A stretch of 63,972 nucleotides of DNA, filler included, from Octopus bimaculoides (Eukaryota): the NCBI RefSeq assembly GCF_001194135.2. It is 5 parts of 5 records of this genome, joined end to end, with 100 filler letters (N's around TTAATTAATTAA, not from the genome) between each part and the next. Parts side by side here need not be neighbours in the genome. Positions count along the whole stretch, not along the records: positions 24,207 to 48,127 come from NC_068981.1; positions 48,228 to 56,788 come from NC_068982.1; 3 more parts are not named here. One strand, 5' to 3'. The notes under the pieces were generated by a model. That model was not told where the DNA came from. It saw only the letters and a list, made by a program, of their open reading frames with translations, and ran no database searches. Positions 39,518 to 52,140 of the stretch are shown one piece after another. Made by a program: the position numbers and the translations under genes. Position 1 is the first letter of the stretch. The number at the start of each line of letters is the position of its first letter.

Positions 39518-40227
39518 CACACATATATTTATATATGCATCTGCGTGTGGATGTGAAGAAGGTTTCAAATAAAATATTCAGTCATATTCAAATACATTCA
39601 TAGAAATATAAATACGTACTATGAAATATGTATACACGCATATATTTCTATGTATTAAGACATAATTGGAAACACAGAGACAGGCGACGAATTGCAAATA
39701 AGAGAAACTCACATACACACACACAAACACACACACACTAATACACACACATGCACACAATTACGCGGAGTTTTAAAAACAGTCTATTAACACACGCATT
39801 ATATCTTTATTTAAGTTTTTGGTCTGGAAGATATTGTTTATCTGTTCAGCTTATCTGTACGAATATCTATCGTCGTGAAAACTACATATATATATATATA
39901 TANNNNNNNNNNNNNNNNNNNNNNNNNNNNNNNNNNNNNNNNNNNNNNNNNNNNNNNNNNNNNNNNNNNNNNNNNNNNNNNNNNNNNNNNNNNNNNNNNN
40001 NNNNNNNNNNNNNNNNNNNNNNNNNNNNNNNNNNNNNNNNNNNNNNNNNNNNNNNNNNNNNNNNNNNNNNNNNNNNNNNNNNNNNNNNNNNNNNNNNNNN
40101 NNNNNNNNNNNNNNNNNNNNNNNNNNNNNNNNNNNNNNNNNNNNNNNNNNNNNNNNNNNNNNNNNNNNNNNNNNNNNNNNNNNNNNNNNNNNNNNNNNNN
40201 NNNNNNNNNNNNCAACTGATACATACA

Positions 40228-40275
<48 letters not shown>

Positions 40276-40714
40276 CATACATAAATATAAAAACCCAATC
40301 ATACATGCGGATATATACACTGAAATGCGTATATAAACGGTCAAATAATAAGGAGATAACGCTATAAGAGGCAAAACCTGAATACGAAATATATAAGATG
40401 ATATTGAGGCGGTGTGCGATTAGGAAAATGACACGTGACAAGGTTTATTGTTTCTGTCTGTCTAGCTGTCTGGCTGTCTGACTCATGTCTGTCTTCGTAT
40501 GTGTGTTTATATGCATGTTTACACTCAAACACACAAACACATAGATAAGCAAATTCACACGCATATCCTATTAAATATCAATCTGTAGTTCTCTCTCTCT
40601 CTCTCTCTCTCNNNNNNNNNNGATAGACATTGAATTTTTTACATATACCGAGACGCAACGTTAGCAATCAGGCATGCGCACAGTCACATATACACATGCA
40701 CATTCACCAACTGA

Positions 40715-40764
<50 letters not shown>

Positions 40765-41405
40765 CATACATAAATATAAAAACCCAATCATACNNNNNNN
40801 NNNNNNNNNNNNNNNNNNNNNNNNNNNNNNNNNNNNNNNNNNNNNNNNNNNNNNNNNNNNNNNNNNNNNNNNNNNNNNNNNNNNNNNNNNNNNNNNNNNN
40901 NNNNNNNNNNNNNNNNNNNNNNNNNNNNNNNNNNNNNNNNNNNNNNNNNNNNNNNNNNNNNNNNNNNNNNNNNNNNNNNNNNNNNNNNNNNNNNNNNNNN
41001 NNNNNNNNNNNNNNNNNNNNNNNNNNNNNNNNNNNNNNNNNNNNNNNNNNNNNNNNNNNNNNNNNNNNNNNNNNNNNNNNNNNNNNNNNNNNNNNNNNNN
41101 NNNNNNNNNNNNNNNNNNNNNNNNNNNNNNNNNNNNNNNNNNNNNNNNNNNNNNNNNNNNNNNNNNNNNNNNNNNNNNNNNNNNNNNNNNNNNNNNNNNN
41201 NNNNNNNNNNNNNNNNNNNNNNNNNNNNNNNNNNNNNNNNNNNNNNNNNNNNNNNNNNNNNNNNNNNNNNNNNNNNNNNNNNNNNNNNNNNNNNNNNNNN
41301 NNNNNNNNNNNNNNNNNNNNNNNNNNNNNNNNNNNNNNNNNNNNNNNNNNNNNNNNNNNNNNNNNNNNNNNNNNNNNNNNNNNNNNNNNNNNNNNNNNNN
41401 NNNNN

Positions 41406-41451
<46 letters not shown>

Positions 41452-42287
41452 TGTGCATAGAACTTGCGTATATAGATAGATAGATAGACAGTCAGACAGA
41501 CAAAGATATACATGCATAAACGTATATGTGAATTAAACAACACATAGAGACACGCATACTCACACACACACACACACACATACACACATAGACACAAACA
41601 CACACATACACACAAACACACACACACACAGACACACACACGCACACACATACACACACACACACACATACACACATATATATTCGCAAATTTCTAGAGA
41701 AGATATATACATATATTAAGTGGGTACTGATGTATATATTTTTGAATATTTGTAAATGTAGAATAAATATGACACAACCAATAACACGTTTGCGCGTCAA
41801 GAGCTTTAATATTCGTCCAGAACGTATTATAGGCATTCTAGCTCTATGTGATGTCAGATAAAATCAAATGACATGTTAAATACTTTTTCATAGATATGCA
41901 AATTATCAGATTGTATCTGATATCTATACAAACATATACACGAACATAGACACACAAATAACTATGTATATATATGTATGTATGAATATATATTTGTATA
42001 TATATATATGTGTGTGTATATATATAAATGCATATGTATATGTGTGCGTGTTTCTATATGCAGGTGTATGTGTTTGTTTGTTTGTGTGACTGCGTGTTTG
42101 TTTGTGCACGTGCGCGTGTGTATGTGACTGTGTGTTTGTGTGTGTTTGGTAAGAAAAATTCTTATGAATGAATACATTTTCTCTTAAAATATTTATTCCA
42201 AATCGCAGTTTTCTTCATAGTCATCAATGCATCATCCTTGTCTTTACTTACACACACACGCGTGCGCGCGTGCACACACGTACACAC

Positions 42288-42319
<32 letters not shown>

Positions 42320-42463
42320 GCATACACACTCACATGCACACGCAAACACATATTTTACTTACAGATTAAGCCATTTTCGCAACATGTACGTATGTATATG
42401 CGCTTAATGTCCATGAATGCTTACATACATACATACATATATATACACACACACATTCATACA

Positions 42464-42507
<44 letters not shown>

Positions 42508-42983
42508 NNNNNNNNNNNNNNNNNNNNNNNNNNNNNNNNNNNNNNNNNNNNNNNNNNNNNNNNNNNNNNNNNNNNNNNNNNNNNNNNNNNNNNNNNNNNN
42601 NNNNNNNNNNNNNNNNNNNNNNNNNNNNNNNNNNNNNNNNNNNNNNNNNNNNNNNNNNNNNNNNNNNNNNNNNNNNNNNNNNNNNNNNNNNNNNNNNNNN
42701 NNNNNNNNNNNNNNNNNNNNNNNNNNNNNNNNNNNNNNNNNNNNNNNNNNNNNNNNNNNNNNNNNNNNNNNNNNNNNNNNNNNNNNNNNNNNNNNNNNNN
42801 NNNNNNNNNNNNNNNNNNNNNNNNNNNNNNNNNNNNNNNNNNNNNNNNNNNNNNNNNNNNNNNNNNNNNNNNNNNNNNNNNNNNNNNNNNNNNNNNNNNN
42901 NNNNNNNNNNNNNNNNNNNNNNNNNNNNNNNNNNNNNNNNNNNNNNNNNNNNNNNNNNNNNNNNNNNNNNNNNNNNNCATGCA

Positions 42984-43067
<84 letters not shown>

Positions 43068-44128
43068 AGGTACAGTCCGTATAGCAAGAAATTGATCAAA
43101 ATCCGCGTGCGGGATGTATATGTATGTGAGTGAATTTACATACCGAAGCACATACATAAATATGATCGGAATATGAACGTATCTAATCGATCTATATAAC
43201 TCTTTTTCACACTCCGCCATATTCTATCTCCCTTACACATATCTCACTCTCGTTCTCTTCCTCTGTCTCCCTCTCTTACTGTCTTTTTTTTTTCTCTGTC
43301 TCCCTTCTCCTTTTTCTCTGTCTCCCTTTCTCCTTTTTCTCTCTCTCTCTCTCTCGATATTTCTCCACACATTCACTCATATACAGAGAGATATAGAGAA
43401 GTATAGATAGACAGAGAGACAGACGGACGGAGAGAATAAGAGTAGATTCAAGCAAATAACAGCAGAAAGAAAAAAGAAAAGAAAAGAAATATCAAGTCAC
43501 ACGCCATCAACGCAACAAAGCATCAGCTATGCTAACATTGTAAACCGAGTTGAATAATCATATGTAAAACGAAAGGGAAAAAAAAAAGCTCTTTTCTCAA
43601 CAAAACGATGATTGCGACAACGACGATGACGATGACAACAGTGATGACAACGACGTAAGCGGCGACAACAGCGCCAACAACCGTAGGAATATGCAACTGT
43701 CAAGTCGATATATAATGTATCTGCTAAGTTGACAGCTGTCGAGAGGTAGAATAAAGCGATTAGAGTTATCGTCTTTGCTTGACATAATCCATTCTCTTTC
43801 CATTCCTACAATATTCAATCTCTCAAGTTTCTTTCTCACCGTACACTTCTTCTCTGTCAGGTTTTGCTAGTCCGTCTATTCCTTTCTTTTTCCTCTGAAT
43901 TTTCGCTGCCTTAAACTACCAGTTCGCGCTGCGTGTATGTGCGTGTATGTATGTGTGTTATTCTCTCACTTCCCCCTCTTTCTTTCTCTCTCTCTCTCTG
44001 TCTCTCTGTATTTATATGCATATATGTGTATGTATGTATGTATGTATGTATGAGTGAATGTATGTATGTGTATGTGTGTATATGTATATCAAGAGAGAGG
44101 AACTGAGAGAGAGCAACATATAGTACAT

Positions 44129-44175
<47 letters not shown>

Positions 44176-44439
44176 CCTATCTTTTTCTCTTTCTATCTAT
44201 CTATTTATCTATTTATCTATCTATCTATCTCTATCTATTTATCTATTTATCTAACATATTTATGTATGTATGTATGTATGTATGTATGCGCATATGTATA
44301 TATATACATATTTATATGAAATTTGTGTATACGTATGTGTGTGTGCGCGCAATATATGTATGTATATATATATATGTGTGTGTGTGTGTGTGCATGCGTG
44401 AATCCATAAATGTATACATATATCTTTATATAAGTATTA

Positions 44440-44471
<32 letters not shown>

Positions 44472-44473
44472 CA

Positions 44474-44577
<104 letters not shown>

Positions 44578-44820
44578 TATATATATATGCATATTGCAAT
44601 CTCTGTTCCTTCTCGGTACCTTTCTATCTGTAACGCTCAATCGTCCCCTTCTTTCTCCCTCGTTCGTGCTCCTTTAGTTTAATTTTAATATCTGCAAATC
44701 GCATCAGTTTTCATTATGTTTTTGGTGGGTGCTGTTGATGCTGATGCAAGCAGGTGATAGTATTAAATTGGTAATGACTGTTGTTATTGTTCCTGTCGTT
44801 CTTATTACTGTTGTTGTTGC

Positions 44821-44854
<34 letters not shown>

Positions 44855-45955
44855 GCTGTTGTTGTTGTTGTTGTTGTTATTGTTGTTTCAGTTGCGGTGG
44901 CGGCGTTTAAGCTGCGGTAATAGTTGCAGCGGTAATTGCCGTGCTGCTTTGAGTTAATGGCGGTGACGGTACTGATAGCGACGTTGGCAGTGGTTGGGCA
45001 AAACGGTGATAATATTTGCGTCAGCCTCAGAACAGAAAATAGACGGAGGTAAAGGNNNNNNNNNNNNNNNNNNNNNNNNNNNNNNNNNNNNNNNNNNNNN
45101 NNNNNNNNNNNNNNNNNNNNNNNNNNNNNNNNNNNNNNNNNNNNNNNNNNNNNNNNNNNNNNNNNNNNNNNNNNNNNNNNNNNNNNNNNNNNNNNNNNNN
45201 NNNNNNNNNNNNNNNNNNNNNNNNNNNNNNNNNNNNNNNNNNNNNNNNNNNNNNNNNNNNNNNNNNNNNNNNNNNNNNNNNNNNNNNNNNNNNNNNNNNN
45301 NNNNNNNNNNNNNNNNNNNNNNNNNNNNNNNNNNNNNNNNNNNNNNNNNNNNNNNNNNNNNNNNNNNNNNNNNNNNNNNNNNNNNNNNNNNNNNNNNNNN
45401 NNNNNNNNNNNNNNNNNNNNNNNNNNNNNNNNNNNNNNNNNNNNNNNNNNNNNNNNNNNNNNNNNNNNNNNNNNNNNNNNNNNNNNNNNNNNNNNNNNNN
45501 NNNNNNNNNNNNNNNNNNNNNNNNNNNNNNNNNNNNNNNNNNNNNNNNNNNNNNNNNNNNNNNNNNNNNNNNNNNNNNNNNNNNNNNNNNNNNNNNNNNN
45601 NNNNNNNNNNNNNNNNNNNNNNNNNNNNNNNNNNNNNNNNNNNNNNNNNNNNNNNNNNNNNNNNNNNNNNNNNNNNNNNNNNNNNNNNNNNNNNNNNNNN
45701 NNNNNNNNNNNNNNNNNNNNNNNNNNNNNNNNNNNNNNNNNNNNNNNNNNNNNNNNNNNNNNNNNNNNNNNNNNNNNNNNNNNNNNNNNNNNNNNNNNNN
45801 NNNNNNNNNNNNNNNNNNNNNNNNNNNNNNNNNNNNNNNNNNNNNNNNNNNTATATATATATCCATTTATATATATATAAATGTATATATATAAACACAC
45901 ACATACGCACACATATATGTATATGTACGCATGTATATTTATATATATTGCGTGT

Positions 45956-45992
<37 letters not shown>

Positions 45993-46122
45993 TGTGTGTG
46001 TGTGGGAATACATCTCTCTTCACTCTTCATCTCATACTCTATCTCTTTCGGTTTATGCATATTTATATATACATATACATGTGTGCGCGGGGGGGGGGNN
46101 NNNNNNNNNNNNNNNNNNNNNN

Positions 46123-46163
<41 letters not shown>

Positions 46164-46596
46164 ATATATATATATATATATGTATGTATATACACAGAAC
46201 ACACATATATGTATATAGAAATTAGCATACACCTATATAAATGTGTGTGTATATGTATGAATGGCTATATATGTAGGGGTGTTTGTGCGTGTGAATAAAA
46301 TCTCTCTTACACAGTCTACCTCACTCTCTCCCTTTATCTCTCTTTGACTCCGAGTATGGGTATACATGTTTCTCTATATTTGCATGTATGCATATATGCA
46401 CGCGCGGACGCACACACACATGTATATAATGCTGACACACATATGGCACACATATACATATATATATGTACATGCACATACACATAAGTAAAATATGTGT
46501 GTCTGTGTGCGTGTGTGTGTGTATGTGTGTGTGTGTTTGTGTGTATACATATATATAAATATACATAGCCACACACACACACACACACGTACATAC

Positions 46597-46629
<33 letters not shown>

Positions 46630-47009
46630 NNNNNNNNNNNNNNNNNNNNNNNNNNNNNNNNNNNNNNNNNNNNNNNNNNNNNNNNNNNNNNNNNNNNNNN
46701 NNNNNNNNNNNNNNNNNNNNNNNNNNNNNNNNNNNNNNNNNNNNNNNNNNNNNNNNNNNNNNNNNNNNNNNNNNNNNNNNNNNNNNNNNNNNNNNNNNNN
46801 NNNNNNNNNNNNNNNNNNNNNNNNNNNNNNNNNNNNNNNNNNNNNNNNNNNNNNNNNNNNNNNNNNNNNNNNNNNNNNNNNNNNNNNNNNNNNNNNNNNN
46901 NNNNNNNNNNNNNNNNNNNNNNNNNNNNNNNNNNNTGTATATATTATAGACTCGTGGAATTATTACTCAGTCTTCTTAAGATATGTTGTTCTTATATTTA
47001 GAGATTTCA

Positions 47010-47830
47010 AAGCGGCAACCTGGCAGAATCGTCAGCACGCCGGGCAAAAAAGATGCTTATCCGCATTTCGTCTGTCTTTATGTTCTGAGTTCAAATTTCG
47101 CCGAGATCGACTTCACCTTTAAGGGTTGATGAATTTAGTATCAGTGGTTCGCTAGAGTAGATGTTCCAAATCGCTGGCCTTTCGCTTTTAGAACAAACGA
47201 TATTTTTTGAGATTTCAACTATTCTCTGACTTTAACTGGTACAGGCCTCTTATCGGTTACTCCTCCTTTCCATTTTCAAACAGGTACCCAAAACTCAAAT
47301 AAACTACTGAAGTTTTTTTTCAATGACCAAAGATTTTTTGCTAATGATATTCTTTCCGAGGTGGCGGAAATGTTAGCGCGCTGGGCAAAATGCTTAGCGG
47401 TGTTCCGTTCGTTTTCAATTTTTGAGTTCAAATTCTGCCGAGGACGGCTTTGCCAGTCATCCTTTCGGAGTCGATAAATTATTAAGTACCAGTCACACAC
47501 TAGGGTCGATGTAATCGACTAGTTCCGTCCCTCCAAATTTCAGGCCTTGAACCTATAGGGCAATTTTATAATTATTATTAAGGCGGCGAGTTGGCGGAAA
47601 AGTTAACGCGCTAGGCAAAATGCTTAGTCGCATTCCGTCTGTCTTTATGCTTTGAGTTCGAATTCCGCCGAGGTTGACTTTGCCATTCATCTTTTTGGGA
47701 TTGATGTAATAGACTAACCCCCTACCCCCAAAATTTTAGGACTTGTGTCTATGATAGAAAGTATTATTATTAGCGAGAAGACGAGCTGGAGGAATCGTTA
47801 ACACGCCAAGTGAAATACTTAGCAGTAACA
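47010..47830 (+). mobile_element. Cluster of four same-orientation family B SINEs (about 47010, 47355, 47580, 47772)
   Basis: Repeated GGCGG..(C/T)TGGC(A/G)GAA..GTTA.C.CGC.GGGC.AAATGCTTAG heads and GAGTTC(A/G)AAT B-boxes; later copies start in ATT/TTA tails of earlier ones. Confidence 0.85.
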
Positions 47831-48067
47831 ATATTTTGTCCGTCTACACATTCGCAGAAACATAGATATCTTCAGATATACACAGAAATATAAGTTTCAA
47901 CAATTGTGGAGCACCATCCTGAACTAATTGTTAGCCAATCAGATCGACCAGAAGTTTGGTATTTATTGTAACGTTGTATGGTTGACGAACGGGTGTGACC
48001 AGAGAGAAAGCTACATCCGGGGTCATGCGCTGGGAGGCATATACAAGACCATGCCTATACTTATATG

Positions 48068-48127
<60 letters not shown>

Positions 48128-48227
48128 NNNNNNNNNNNNNNNNNNNNNNNNNNNNNNNNNNNNNNNNNNNNTTAATTAATTAANNNNNNNNNNNNNNNNN
48201 NNNNNNNNNNNNNNNNNNNNNNNNNNN

Positions 48228-48385
48228 AACCAATGTTCATGAAAATCCAGTCACATAGAAAAATTTAATAAGTAAATACACTAAAAAGAACTATAATAAA
48301 ATACAAAGTAATAATCATTAAAATAATAATTTTTCTATATGTGACTGTGGATTTTCATGGATGAGTTTATGAACTTTGGTTCTTT
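48228..48385. repeat. Imperfect fold-back element (MITE-like), about 155 bp
   Basis: AACCAATGTTCATGAAAATCCAGTCACATAGAAAA pairs with TTTTCTATATGTGACTGTGGATTTTCATG..GAACTTTGGTT. Confidence 0.7.
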
Positions 48386-49121
48386 TCTCTAAATTATATA
48401 TTTATATATTATATACTGTGAAACTTAATTTAATTTTAATTTTTGATAAATTGAATTTAATTGAGTTTTAACCTGTAAATTTGGATTTTTATCCCTAATA
48501 TTATTATATATATATAATAAATTTGAGTTTTGAAAGGAGCATCTCTCTTGGGCAATGATAGGAGTCTTGTCCCAACATGCAAAATTTTTTCTTCGAATCC
48601 CTAGATATTATCTACTCTTCAAAGAAATAAAAGAAACTGAAAATATTGCATTGCATATTAGCTTCGATAAAATGAATAATCCGTAACAACCAGTCTTAAA
48701 AAAAAAATACATTGGAAGAGATAGTTTGCTTTATTGAAAAGTTAATTCAATCGCAGGCCAACATGGCAGTCTCCACTTACCAGAAATGATTTCTGATATT
48801 GTCACAAATATTAAGGAAGGGTATAATTGACTACAGTATAATACTTCAATTTTATTTCAAAGTTTAAAAGTGCAGTCTACGATGATTGCGCTAAACATAA
48901 GGATATTACTGTAGACTTGTTATGTATGGCTACAATTTCTGGACGAAGAAAAGAGAATGTTTAGAATAGAAAGTCTAATAGTTTTACTAAGTAACGGTTT
49001 TTTAGTTATGAAATTATAGATTTTATTATTTAAGCACTGTTACACACGCTAGATTTATCGGTTGCAGAATAGGCATCTTCAATTCATTAAACGCAATGTC
49101 GCATTTGGTACACTTAAAGAC

Positions 49122-49178
49122 AAACACGCACTATCTGAAGGTACGAAAGTAGTTAGCAAATACACTAGCAGCGAATAA
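49122..49178 (+). pseudogene. H2B: 5'-truncated histone H2B remnant (C-terminal 18 codons plus stop)
   Basis: Translates KHALSEGTKVVSKYTSSE*; 3' flank is homologous to that of the intact minus-strand H2B; nothing H2B-like upstream of 49122. Confidence 0.85.
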
Positions 49179-49208
49179 ATACTTGGTACTGTACTTCCTT
49201 GAATGTAC

Positions 49209-49224
49209 GGCCCTTTTCAGGGCC
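49209..49224 (+). terminator. Replication-dependent histone 3' stem-loop
   Basis: GGCCCT-TTTC-AGGGCC, 30 nt after the stop, followed by AAATATATTTTCACGAAAG. Confidence 0.92.
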
Positions 49225-49884
49225 AAATATATTTTCACGAAAGTTTATCTTTTAATGAGTAGCAATGATATGTAACTATTGTATTTATCTGAAATTGTTT
49301 TCCAATTTTTATATGACTATTTTTCTGATTCAGCAATTTATCCTCAGATTTTCGCAGCAACATTTTTTTAAAATTCTAGACGCGTAGGTTTGTATTTTAA
49401 AAAAATTATATTGCTTGATGTATCCTTTGTTTTATAGTGTATTAGTAGTATGTGTAATTTGGCTGTTATTTCTAGCATGCTGAGCAACCACATAGAGGAA
49501 TCCCATGTCGATAGCTCCAAGTCTCGTCTGCTGGTTGTTGATCAGCATACATGTACGAATGGCCATGATGGCACGTTTTGTTTTTAGAAAATAACTGAAG
49601 GTTAGTGACGGTGTAGACGAAGGTATTCCGAAAGCAGATCTCCAATCATACATAGAAACATTACTAAGTAAAAGAGGGATCTTTTCTATTTGGCGTCACT
49701 TTTTGAAATTTTAAAATTTGCAATATTGATGTAATTTTTCACGCTATTCACTTGTTCCCGAAAACTTTTAGAAAATGCTACAAAAGTTTAAAGTTTGAAA
49801 ACTTTTGCCCAATCAGAAAACAGGATTTGGAAATTGACATTTTGGCGTGATGACATAACGACGACAAAACGTTCCACAGAAATG

Positions 49885-50260
49885 TATAATGTCACAAGAG
49901 CTTTTCTGGTACACAAGTGTGTACAATAAAATATTCTATATGAATATATCGACTATTTTTGGTTGAAACTACACAGGCATCAACCAGAAGTGGATGAGCT
50001 TTATTAAGACGAATACGGTGGTGTAGCAAAACCGTACAATTTGAATTTATGTTTTGGTACAGACCAGCATCGACTAAGAAGTGGAAGCTGAAAAAGCCGA
50101 CTCCATAAGCACCAAAAACTTAGGTGATGCTGACACAACACGAGTCTAGATATTTGAGTGAACTTGGCAGCCCACGGTGAGAATAGAATGAATTTTGTTT
50201 TAATTCAAAGCCCAATTTATAAGATTTTCCGAATTAACTTAACTGACGTCACAATATGGC
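49885..50260. repeat. Locally triplicated non-coding module (copy 1; partial copy 50545-50675; diverged copy about 53418-53850)
   Basis: Shared blocks GTGTACAATA(A/G)AATATTCTATATGAAT, ACCGTACAA(T/C)TTGAA, GGTGATG(C/T)TGACA, TATTTGAGTGAAC and TCAAAGCCCA. Confidence 0.8.
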
Positions 50261-50764
50261 AACTAAATTCAATTCACATACTCGTATGTACGTATCGTAA
50301 AATTACATGTGTTTATATAGGTAATATAAATATATATACAATGGCCAAGGATTCAACTGGTATGTCGACCCGAATCCCCCATAGACAGCGAAAGGCCTGC
50401 GAATGTCAGAATTTTGAAAGGACTATCATTCTTCTACATTTGTCTCGGCCCGAAAGCAGTCTTGTCTTGAAAATTATTCTACTCTTCAAATAAAATATTT
50501 TCGAAAATTATTCCTTATTACGATAGTTAATCTTAAATCCAAACATACGGCGGTGTAGCAAAACCGTACAATTTGAACTTGTTTTGGTACAGGCCAGCAT
50601 CGACAGAGGGTGTTTAAAAAGTGGAAGCTGAAGAAGCCGACTCCATAAGCACCAAAAACCTAGGAGATGCTGACTTCCCTACACTTCAGCACAACTAGTT
50701 TTAAAATACTCCTTGGAAGCAACATTAAACATTCTGAATAGCTGCTTAATTCAGGTGCCATCAC

Positions 50765-50940
50765 ACCAGTCTTTCTCGACGCGCCAGAGATAATTTGATA
50801 TATTGATATATTTTATGGGAGGATACAATCGACTGCATTACATGAGTAGTACGTTAATTTCATAGTATTAAAAAGATTAAAGCTGAGTCTACCTCGATTG
50901 CGTGGAATATAAGAGTAATGTTCTGAACAAAATTTGTGAA
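50765..50940 (-). mobile_element. Old family B SINE fragment
   Basis: Eroded reverse-strand match (GAGGTAGACTCAGCTTTAATC..). Confidence 0.4.
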
Positions 50941-51079
50941 TGAAATAGGACCTATCATACCCTACTCTGTAATGTCTCTATGTATGGTAAGAGATTCTCT
51001 GAGAATGTCAGGTGAATAAATATTCTATGGTTGCATACCATTGTTACTCGTTGAGACAAACTTTCATGAAAATATATTT

Positions 51080-51095
51080 GGCCCTAAAAAGGGCC
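51080..51095 (-). terminator. Replication-dependent histone 3' stem-loop
   Basis: Minus strand GGCCCT-TTTT-AGGGCC, 29 nt after the H2B stop, followed by AAATATATTTTCATGAAAG. Confidence 0.92.
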
Positions 51096-51124
51096 GTCGG
51101 TAGAGAAATTACTATAGCAAGTGT

Positions 51125-51481
51125 TTATTCGCTGTTAGTGTATTTAGTAATTGCCTTCGTACCCTCTGACATTGCGTGTTTGGCCAATTGGCCAGGAATC
51201 AAAAGCCGGACGGCAGTTTGGATTTCTCGACTACTGATGGTCGAACGTCTGTTGTAGTGAGCCAAACGACTGGCTTCGACAGCGATTCTCTCGAACAAAT
51301 CGTTAACGAAGCTGTTCATGATGATCATGGTTTTGTTGGATATTCCAGTATCAGGATGGACCTGTTTCATAACCTTATAGATGTAATTGGAATAGCTCTC
51401 CTTTCTCTTTACTTTCTTGTTTTTCGATCTGGCTAAATTTGGCTTGACGGGTTTCTTGATATCTTCGCTGTCTGACATCAT
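51125..51481 (-). CDS. H2B: Histone H2B, divergent variant (118 aa)
   Basis: Histone fold [84 protein letters not shown]; intronless. First ATG is 51481 (the track's 51484 start is TTG). Confidence 0.97.
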   Translation of the reverse strand: MMSDSEDIKKPVKPNLARSKNKKVKRKESYSNYIYKVMKQVHPDTGISNKTMIIMNSFVNDLFERIAVEASRLAHYNRRSTISSREIQTAVRLLIPGQLAKHAMSEGTKAITKYTNSE

Positions 51482-51531
51482 CAACGATCACTGTAAGCTC
51501 TAAGAATGCTTAGCTGATCTCTGGCAACTGA

Positions 51532-51616
51532 CTATTTATGGCTAATGAGAAGGTTCCCCAGGCAAGTGACCGTTTGGCGCGCTTCAATTTCATTGGTTAA
51601 AATAGTTTCTCACGTG
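51532..51616 (-). promoter_or_regulatory. H2B proximal promoter
   Basis: TATA-like CATAAATAG (51532-51540) next to octamer-like CTCATTAGCCAT, E2F consensus TTTGGCGC (51573-51580), CCAAT (51592-51596), E-box CACGTG (51611-51616). Confidence 0.65.
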
Positions 51617-51684
51617 ATCTTGAAGTTAACTAAACTATTTTCGATGTAATACCTTATATAGCTATATCTTTTGTTTATTTTAAA

Positions 51685-52140
51685 CATTGGACTGTGGGCA
51701 TGCTGGAGCGGCTTCTTGAGGGCTTCTAGTTGAACAAATCGAGGTACTATTCAAAAAGAGTGGGCCAGGTGCGCACACTCGCGCATCCGCGCTAGCTAGT
51801 CGTGACTAGTCGATCCTAAAGTAAATAAAACACAAAGTAGATCATTTTTTTTTTTGTTGAATCTTCCCCCATCTTACTTTTAAAAGGTCGTTTTACGTTC
51901 TTCCAGGGTGTATTTTGGTATCACAACTATTTATGCGCATGATGCGCACTCGCGCTAGGTAGTCGTAGGATCGACTAGTCACGACTCGCTAGCGCGATTG
52001 TGCGCACCGGGACCACTGTATTTTTTAAAATACAGTCTGGTATTCTCTGATACCATTTGCCGAACCGCTAAGTCACGGAAATATAGACAAACCGACACCG
52101 GTTGTCAAACGGCGAAGTGGTCACACACGTGTGTGTTTAT
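51685..52140 (-). mobile_element. SINE family A variant interrupted by a MITE
   Basis: CATGCTGGAGC..AGTTGAACAAATCG left of the MITE continues as GTCTGGTA..TTTGCCGAACCGCTAAGTCACGG..ACCGGTTGTCAA right of it. Confidence 0.75.
51758..52018. mobile_element. CpG-rich MITE with about 55-bp TIRs
   Basis: Left (G)AGTGGGCCAGGTGCGCACA..CTAGTCGTGACTAGTCGATCCTA; right arm reverse-complements to CAGTGGTCCCGGTGCGCACA..GAGTCGTGACTAGTCGATCCTA. Confidence 0.85.

Noticed and set aside
40213-40793. About 90-bp duplication (40213-40304 and 40708-40793)
   Set aside because: Both copies end at gaps and are mostly microsatellite; most likely redundant contig ends or allelic overlap.
43728-43745. TGACAGCTGTC(G) near-palindromic TALE-homeodomain site
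   Set aside because: A single short motif with no conservation evidence; plausible by chance.
50400-50470. ATTTGTCTCGG resembling a U7 snRNA Sm site near the histone genes
   Set aside because: One mismatch to the U7 site, no convincing 3' hairpin and no 5' complementarity to the local histone downstream element.
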